Part shown: in pieces, positions 57,925 through 64,000 of the stretch
Numbering within the stretch: position 1 is the stretch's first letter
Layout of the letters: each line of letters opens with the position of its first letter
From: Moorena producens
GTDB taxonomy: Bacteria > Cyanobacteriota > Cyanobacteriia > Cyanobacteriales > Coleofasciculaceae
Assembly: GCF_965240435.1 (NCBI RefSeq)
Contig: NZ_CBDEKO010000003.1
Length of the DNA: 64,000 bases
Reading direction: 5' to 3' (one strand)
Program-made: the position numbers and the translations under genes
Notes under the pieces: generated by a model
The model's database searches: none
What the model was told of the DNA's origin: nothing
The model's input: the letters and a program-made list of their open reading frames with translations, nothing else

Positions 57925-60510
57925 ATGTCTAATCCTCCTTTAGGTCTACTGTTAGCTGAACCTAGAGCACTTTACTTTTCTGGTGGTGGCCAAGAAAAGT
58001 GGGTTGAAGTCCTAGTAGATTGTCCAGGAGTTCAAGGTATATATACTTATCGTAATTCATTGGATGTATCAATCAATCCTGGAGATGTTCTGAGTGTGTC
58101 ATTCGGGACTCAACAGCTAGGAGCGATCGCTATTCGGATTGTAGACTCTCCACCCCCAAACTTACCACTGGAGAAAATTAAGGACGTAGAAGAGGTCATC
58201 AGTCCCGGTTTCTTTCCCAGTTCCTACTGCCAACTGTTAGAGCGGGTGGCTCAGTACTACTGCACCCCTCTAATCCAAGTGATTCGGTCTGCTTTACCTC
58301 CAGGACTGTTAGGGCGATCCCAGCGTCGAATTCGCCTCAATTCCTCGGTTTTGCCTAAAGAGGCTCATGTCTTTGTGAATAATTCAGCCGCAAGTAAGAT
58401 TTTGGAGATTCTCCAGGCTAAACCCAATGGAGATTACAGCTGGCAATACCTCCAACGTCAGGTAAAGGGGGCTAAAGCAGGATTACGTCACTTGCTCAAG
58501 CGAGGTTGGGTGGAAAGTTATCTGGAAGCTCCTAAGCCAACTCGTCCTAAGCTCAAGAAAGCTGTGACTCTGGTGGCTGATATCAATCGGTCTGATCTGA
58601 CTCGACGGCAACGGGAAGTATTGGAGGTGCTACGCCGTCGTGGGGGGGATTTGTGGTTGAGTGAACTATCACAAATTTGTAATGTTAGTTCCTCAACTAT
58701 AAATTCATGGGAAGATAAGGGATATGTGGTGATTGAGCCTAGGGAAGTATTGCGCAGTGCTACTTCACCAACCATGGCTACAGATGCCCCGAAAAACTTG
58801 ACAAATGCCCAATCCCGTGCATTAAACCTGATTAATACTATTGATGGCTTTGCCCAAGTGCTGTTGCATGGGGTGACTGGGTCTGGAAAAACGGAGGTCT
58901 ATCTACAAGCGATCGCACCAATCCTAGCGCAAGGGAAATCCGCTTTGGTGTTGGTGCCGGAAATTGGCTTAACTCCTCAAATAACTGACCGTTTCCGGGC
59001 TCGCTTTGGTGACAAAGTTCGGGTTTACCACAGTGCTTTGAATAAAGGGGAGCGCTATGATACTTGGCGACAGATGATCCCAGGTGAGCCACAAGTGGTG
59101 ATTGGCACTCGTTCTGCTGTTTTTGCCCCCTTGCCCCAGTTGGGATTAATTGTTTTAGATGAAGAACACGACTCTAGCTTCAAGCAAGACCAACCCATTC
59201 CTACCTACCACGCTCGCACCGTTGCTCAGTGGCGAGCAGAATTAGAAAATTGTCCCCTTATTTTAGGTTCAGCTACTCCTTCGGTGGAAAGCTGGGTCAG
59301 TCTTAAGGTGATGGGGGGAGCGAGAGATGGTCAGATCGGTAGTGACATTAATGCCCTGACCTCTTCAGCTCCTGAGGTTCAACCCTTCACCTGTTCACCT
59401 CCTCAGCATCCAGAACTTAGCACTCATTACTTATCTCTACCGGAACGGATTCAATCAAGACCCCTGCCACCGGTGGAAATTGTGGATATGAGGCAGGAGT
59501 TAAAAGCTGGGAATCGGTCAATTTTTAGCCGTTCTCTCCAAGACAGCTTGAGACGACTAAAAGAACAAGAGAAACAGGGGATTTTATTTATCCCCCGCAG
59601 GGGACACAGTACCTTTGTGTCTTGTCGTAGTTGTGGTCATGTGTTGGAGTGCCCTAACTGTGATGTTTCCTTGTCCTATCACTATACTCATGAAGGCGCT
59701 ACTCAAGTATTGCGGTGCCACTATTGCAATTTCGGACAACTCCATCCCCGTAGTTGTCCAGAATGTAGTTCTCCCTACCTGAAATTTTTCGGTAGTGGTA
59801 CTCAGCGGGTTGTTCAAGATTTGGCGAAGCTGTTTCCAGAGTTGCGAATTATCCGATTTGACAGTGATACCACTCGTACCAAGAATGCTCATCGCACTTT
59901 GTTAACTCAATTCGCTAATCGGGAAGCTGACTTGTTGGTGGGGACCCAAATGCTCACCAAAGGATTAGATCTGGCTCAGGTGACACTGGTGGGAGTAGTA
60001 GCAGCAGATGGACTACTGTATTTGTCAGACTATCGAGCATCCGAGCGGGCATTCCAAACCTTAACTCAGGTAGCAGGTCGTGCCGGTCGTGGGGATGACC
60101 CTGGTCAGGTAATTATTCAAACTTATTCCCCAGAGCATCCTGTGATTCAGGCTGTCAAAACTCATAATTATCAGTCGTTTATATCGGACGAATTGGAACA
60201 ACGGGCAGCACTGAACTATCCCCCTTATGGTGATTTGATTCTGTTGCGCATAAGTGGATTGGATCCTGTGGCGGTGGAGAAGGTAGCAGAGGATTTAGCC
60301 GACAGGTTAGATACTCCTGAAGCCGAGTACGATATCCTAGGACCAGCACCAGCCAGTGTGATTCGGGTTGCTCGTCGCTATCGATGGCAGATTTTGCTGA
60401 AGTTTCCTCCTACTGTGCCCGCAAGGTTACTGAATTGGAGGGAATTACAGGATATCTGTCCTCCAGATATTAGCTTGACTATTGATGTTAATCCGTTGAA
60501 TATAAGTTAA
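57925..60510 (+). CDS. priA: Primosomal protein N' (PriA helicase)
   Basis: ORF track 861 aa. Walker A GVTGSGKTEVY, a DEEH box, and Cys-rich zinc-binding region CRSCGHVLECPNC...CHYCNF. Confidence 0.9.
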   Translation: MSNPPLGLLLAEPRALYFSGGGQEKWVEVLVDCPGVQGIYTYRNSLDVSINPGDVLSVSFGTQQLGAIAIRIVDSPPPNLPLEKIKDVEEVISPGFFPSSYCQLLERVAQYYCTPLIQVIRSALPPGLLGRSQRRIRLNSSVLPKEAHVFVNNSAASKILEILQAKPNGDYSWQYLQRQVKGAKAGLRHLLKRGWVESYLEAPKPTRPKLKKAVTLVADINRSDLTRRQREVLEVLRRRGGDLWLSELSQICNVSSSTINSWEDKGYVVIEPREVLRSATSPTMATDAPKNLTNAQSRALNLINTIDGFAQVLLHGVTGSGKTEVYLQAIAPILAQGKSALVLVPEIGLTPQITDRFRARFGDKVRVYHSALNKGERYDTWRQMIPGEPQVVIGTRSAVFAPLPQLGLIVLDEEHDSSFKQDQPIPTYHARTVAQWRAELENCPLILGSATPSVESWVSLKVMGGARDGQIGSDINALTSSAPEVQPFTCSPPQHPELSTHYLSLPERIQSRPLPPVEIVDMRQELKAGNRSIFSRSLQDSLRRLKEQEKQGILFIPRRGHSTFVSCRSCGHVLECPNCDVSLSYHYTHEGATQVLRCHYCNFGQLHPRSCPECSSPYLKFFGSGTQRVVQDLAKLFPELRIIRFDSDTTRTKNAHRTLLTQFANREADLLVGTQMLTKGLDLAQVTLVGVVAADGLLYLSDYRASERAFQTLTQVAGRAGRGDDPGQVIIQTYSPEHPVIQAVKTHNYQSFISDELEQRAALNYPPYGDLILLRISGLDPVAVEKVAEDLADRLDTPEAEYDILGPAPASVIRVARRYRWQILLKFPPTVPARLLNWRELQDICPPDISLTIDVNPLNIS

Positions 60511-60898
60511 AAGGTATAAGTTAGTTGAAGGTTTAAAGTTAAAGGTTGAAGGTTGAAGGTTGAAAGTTTAAGGTTCCTTGAAGATTGGTTGAAGGTTGAA
60601 GGTTGAAAGTTAGGAGTTGAATGTTGGAAGTTGAAAGTTGAAAGTTACGACTTGAAAGTTGAAAGTGAAAGGTTGAAGGTTTAAGCTTTAAAGTTTAAAG
60701 TTTAAAATTTAAAGTTATAAGAGTCGAAGTAAAGGTTAAAAAATATTTCTGTTTCCGATTCCCGATTCCCGATTCCCGATTCCCGATTCCCGATTCCCTA
60801 CTCCCTACTCCCTACTCCCTACTCCCTACTCCCTACTCCCTACTCCCTACTCCCTACTCCCTACTCCCTACTCCCTACTCCCTACTCCCTGTTCCCTT
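60511..60898. repeat. ~390-bp composite heptamer tandem array (GGTTGAA/AGTTGAA/GTTTAAA, then CCGATTC x5, CCTACTC x~13)
   Basis: Read directly. Fills the whole priA 3' intergenic region. Confidence 0.9.
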
Positions 60899-60906
60899 TA
60901 CGATTT

Positions 60907-61479
60907 GTGAATACTCCTGCTCACGCCATCGTCAATCTCCTGATTTTAGGAAAAAAAAGAAAGCCCGAAAATAACTTCCCAATTGTGTTCGGTGCGATAT
61001 TACCAGATTTACCAATGGTGATTTTTTACGGATATGAGAAACTACTCAGAGGAATTCCTGAAAACGTAATCTGGTCTGAATCTTATTATAACCCAAGCTG
61101 GCAAGTATTTTTTGATATTTTCAATTCTTTTCCACTAATCCTATTAGGTGGGTTGTTAGCCTACTATTTTGGTCAAACGTTTCTGATTGCTATGTTTGCT
61201 AGCATGGCTCTTCATGGGATTGGAGATTTTCCTGTTCATGCTGATGATGCCCATCGTCACTTTTTTCCATTGTCAAATTGGCGCTTTGAAAGCCCTGTGT
61301 CTTATTGGGATTCTCGTCATTATGGTCATATTTTTGCTCCCCTAGAAGTGTTGGCTGTTATAGTGGGATGCTTAATTTTATGGAGACGCCACACTTCGAT
61401 AAGCGCTCGGATTATTATTGCGATTGTACTTACTGTTTATTTTGGTTATGGAGTCTATGCTGTCTTAGTATGGGGGTAA
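60907..61479 (+). CDS. Integral membrane protein, possibly membrane-bound metal-dependent hydrolase (YdjM/DUF457-like)
   Basis: ORF track 190 aa. Multiple TM helices, with His-rich motifs HAIVN...LPDLP...HGIGDFPVHADDAHRH. Confidence 0.45.
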   Translation: MNTPAHAIVNLLILGKKRKPENNFPIVFGAILPDLPMVIFYGYEKLLRGIPENVIWSESYYNPSWQVFFDIFNSFPLILLGGLLAYYFGQTFLIAMFASMALHGIGDFPVHADDAHRHFFPLSNWRFESPVSYWDSRHYGHIFAPLEVLAVIVGCLILWRRHTSISARIIIAIVLTVYFGYGVYAVLVWG

Positions 61480-61667
61480 TAGTTAAGCTATCAGCGATCA
61501 GCAATCAGCGTTCCAGATCCGCTGTTCCCTAACCCGTAAGCCACCACCAGGTGGGAAATATCAGTAAATAAAGTAAAATTTACGGAATTCAGTATCATCA
61601 GAGTGTAGACACTAAATTAGAGCAGACTATTAAGTTCTATTTTTCACAGGTCTTGAACTAACCATCC

Positions 61668-63170
61668 ATGAATATTGGACATACCCCTGGTTATCTCATC
61701 AACAAGATAAACGACGCACTGTGTAGTGCTTTCCCTGATAAACCTAAATTAGAAATGATGGTGCTTTATGAATTAAATATAAAACTGAATAAGGTTGCTA
61801 GTGGTGGAAATTTACAGGAAATCGTTTACAGATTAATACAGCATTGTCAGGCTTACAATAAGTTAGAAAAATTAATTGATGGAGCACTTAAAGAAAATCC
61901 CAATAATGCTCAATTAAAGGCAATCAAGAAAGAAGTTGAAATTACGACTAGTTTAATCAATATATTGATTCCTTTAGAAAGGAAATTGATCAAACAAATT
62001 AAACAGGCTTATAGAGCTTGCTGTCACTATGAATTCTGGGATGATAGGAAAGATGAACTCCCTGACAGTTTCTCTGATATTCTTAAAAAATTGGATGATA
62101 TACCTCAATCAACTGATAATGAAAAACTGATTGTCAAATTTGTCGATCATTTATTAGTAATTTTATTAGTAAATAAAAATATTACCAAGTCACAGGCAGA
62201 GAAAATACAGCAATGGTTAAAAGAGAATGCTAATAACTTTTATAATTTAGAATTTCACAGACAAAACCTCAATCTAGAATCTGAATCGAAAACGCAACCT
62301 GGTTCAGATGAAGGAGATTTAAAGGAGTTTTACTTTGAAGTAGTAACAGTTAACCGTAGAGGAGTAATAATCAAGCGAGAAAATAAACAAGCAAGTTATT
62401 TCACTGAAGATATGGGGAATGGAGTAGACCTAGATATGGTGTATATCCCAGAAGGAAGGTTCTTAATGGGTTCCCCTGAAAGTGAGAAGCAGAGTAGGGA
62501 CAGGGAAAGACCTCAACACCAAGTAAGCATTCAACCCTTTTTCCTGGGGAAATATCAGGTCACTCAGGCGCAATGGCGAGCTGTGGTTAACAACCTGCCA
62601 AAAGTTAACCGGGACTTAGATCTAGACCCATCTGAGTTTAAAGGAAAGAATCGACCAGTAGAGCGAGTAACCTGGTTCGATGCAGTGGAATTTTGCGATC
62701 GCCTTTCTGAATATACAGGAAAGCAATACAGATTACCCAGTGAAGCGGAATGGGAATACGCCTGTAGAGCTGGAACTACCACACCATTCCATTATGGAGA
62801 GACCATAACCAGTAGATTAGCTAATTATAAAGCCTCCCATACTTATGCAAAGGAAGCAAAAGGGGAATATCGAAGAGGAAGCACCGACGTAGGATGTTTT
62901 CCCCCCAACGGCTTTGGCTTATACGATATGCACGGCAATGTTTGGGAGTGGTGTGCGGATCTAAGCCATCCTAATTACGAAGGAGCTCCTACAGATGGAA
63001 GTATCTGGACTAATCTTTATAATCATACTGATTATACTCGGCGGGGCGGATCCTGGGTCAACCCTGCTTGGTATTGCCGTTCTGCCTTCCGCTACTTCTT
63101 TTTCACGTGGGATTACATCCTCAACCAAAATGTCGGTTTTCGTGTGGCTCAGAGTGTTGGGAAGATTTAG
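61668..63170 (+). CDS. Two-domain protein: N-terminal ~200-aa alpha-helical domain of unknown function + C-terminal formylglycine-generating-enzyme (FGE-sulfatase/SUMF1) domain
   Basis: ORF track 500 aa. C-terminal RPQHQVSIQPFFLGKYQVTQAQW...RLPSEAEWEYACRAGT...YDMHGNVWEWC are FGE-sulfatase signatures. The N-terminal domain is unrecognised. Confidence 0.7.
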   Translation: MNIGHTPGYLINKINDALCSAFPDKPKLEMMVLYELNIKLNKVASGGNLQEIVYRLIQHCQAYNKLEKLIDGALKENPNNAQLKAIKKEVEITTSLINILIPLERKLIKQIKQAYRACCHYEFWDDRKDELPDSFSDILKKLDDIPQSTDNEKLIVKFVDHLLVILLVNKNITKSQAEKIQQWLKENANNFYNLEFHRQNLNLESESKTQPGSDEGDLKEFYFEVVTVNRRGVIIKRENKQASYFTEDMGNGVDLDMVYIPEGRFLMGSPESEKQSRDRERPQHQVSIQPFFLGKYQVTQAQWRAVVNNLPKVNRDLDLDPSEFKGKNRPVERVTWFDAVEFCDRLSEYTGKQYRLPSEAEWEYACRAGTTTPFHYGETITSRLANYKASHTYAKEAKGEYRRGSTDVGCFPPNGFGLYDMHGNVWEWCADLSHPNYEGAPTDGSIWTNLYNHTDYTRRGGSWVNPAWYCRSAFRYFFFTWDYILNQNVGFRVAQSVGKI

Positions 63171-63268
63171 CCCTTTGCCCTTTTTATGGCGTTGCGTCAG
63201 TCTTTGAATTAATAGCAGTAGAGCGGGCATCTTGCCCGCCGGAAAATAAGGTCTTCAACTAACCATAA

Positions 63269-64000
63269 ATGAAGGCTGGATATACCCCTGGTTATTTCAT
63301 CAACAAGATCAAGGAAGCACTGTGTAGTGCGTTTCCTGATCAAACTGAATTAGAAATGATGGTGAGTGATGTATTAACTATAAATCTGAGCGAGGTTGCT
63401 AGGGGTGAAAATTTTAGTGAAATCGTTCACCAATTAATAAATCATTGTCGTGCTTCCAATCAGTTAGAAAAATTAATTGATGGAGCACTTAAACAAAATC
63501 CCAATAATGAACAATTAAAGGCAATCGAGGAAAAATTAAAAATTACCACTAGTTTAGTTAATATATTGATTCCTTTAGAAAAAGACTTGATCAACCAAAT
63601 ACAACAGGCTTATCGAGCTTGCTGTCCCGATGATTTCTGGGATATTTGTGAAAATACATTTCCTGACACTTTAGCTGGAATGCTAGAAAATTGGGATGAT
63701 ATACCTCAAGCAAATGATGATGAAAAACTGATTGTTAAATTTGTTTATTATTTATTAGTCAATAATAATATTCCCAAGTCAGAGGCTGATCAACTAAAGC
63801 AATGGTTAGAAAACAATGCCAAGAACGTTGTAAAGGAAAAAAGTTTAAAGCAGTTTTCCTTTCAAGTAGTAACAGTTAACCGTAGAGGAGTAATAATCAA
63901 GCGAGAAAATAAACAAGCAAGTTATTTCACTCAAGATCTGGGGAATGGAGTAGACCTAGAGATGGTGTATATCCCAGCAGGAAGCTTCTTAATGGGTTCC
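63269..64000 (+). CDS. Tandem paralog of the preceding gene (same N-terminal domain, start of FGE-sulfatase domain), truncated by window end
   Basis: By-eye translation MKAGYTPGYFINKIKEALCSAFPDQTELEMMV...LIDGALKQNPNN...FQVVTVNRRGVIIKRENKQASYFTQDLGNGVDLEMVYIPAGSFLMGS, collinear with 61668-63170. Not in the ORF track because it runs off the end. Confidence 0.65.
   Translation, partial: MKAGYTPGYFINKIKEALCSAFPDQTELEMMVSDVLTINLSEVARGENFSEIVHQLINHCRASNQLEKLIDGALKQNPNNEQLKAIEEKLKITTSLVNILIPLEKDLINQIQQAYRACCPDDFWDICENTFPDTLAGMLENWDDIPQANDDEKLIVKFVYYLLVNNNIPKSEADQLKQWLENNAKNVVKEKSLKQFSFQVVTVNRRGVIIKRENKQASYFTQDLGNGVDLEMVYIPAGSFLMGS

Noticed and set aside
53561-60898. Possible CRISPR arrays among the many tandem repeats (30598-30880, 53561-53895, 60511-60898)
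   Set aside because: Units are 7-15 bp with no unique spacers of 25-40 bp between them, and no cas genes are present. IscB and TnpB are transposon-type nucleases, not Cas.

Overview
This looks like a cyanobacterial chromosomal segment. Evidence: abundant GCGATCGC (HIP1) octamers, STRR-like heptamer tandem arrays, psbO, glnB (PII), an ndhS-like gene, group 2 and group 3 sigma factors, and a valS carrying the cyanobacteria-specific CAAD insertion. Core housekeeping genes (apbC/mrp, a SEDS FtsW/RodA gene, valS, glnB, rdgB, a PGM/PMM-family mutase, psbO, hisS, lepB, tsaE, a yvcK-like gene, ruvC, priA, two dihydroorotase-family paralogs, two sigma factors) are interspersed with mobile and accessory DNA. 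There is an intact IscB (OMEGA-type RNA-guided nuclease) element with a candidate omegaRNA leader at about 6.1-7.9 kb, and a TnpB-only IS200/IS605 element at 13.15-14.95 kb. An accessory island at about 28.8-46.4 kb is rich in two intergenic repeat families. It carries (i) a MotA-like protein with a long coiled-coil tail plus a MotB/OmpA-like partner (Zorya ZorA/ZorB-like) followed by a Uma2 (PD-(D/E)xK) nuclease, (ii) a minus-strand operon of an HTH-AAA-like NTPase and a 2071-aa AAA-like/coiled-coil/TPR/CHAT caspase-like protein, (iii) a 1005-aa acidic repeat protein, and (iv) gene remnants. The right end carries two tandem paralogs with an unknown N-terminal helical domain fused to an FGE-sulfatase domain. 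The left 6 kb is a six-gene minus-strand enzyme operon (CoA-transferase, sulfotransferase, MR/MLE enolase, PhyH dioxygenase, two dehydrogenases) next to the IscB element. valS shows a 1-nt frameshift near its 3' end. No CRISPR array, rRNA or tRNA was recognised. Self-derived coordinates may be off by 1-2 nt.
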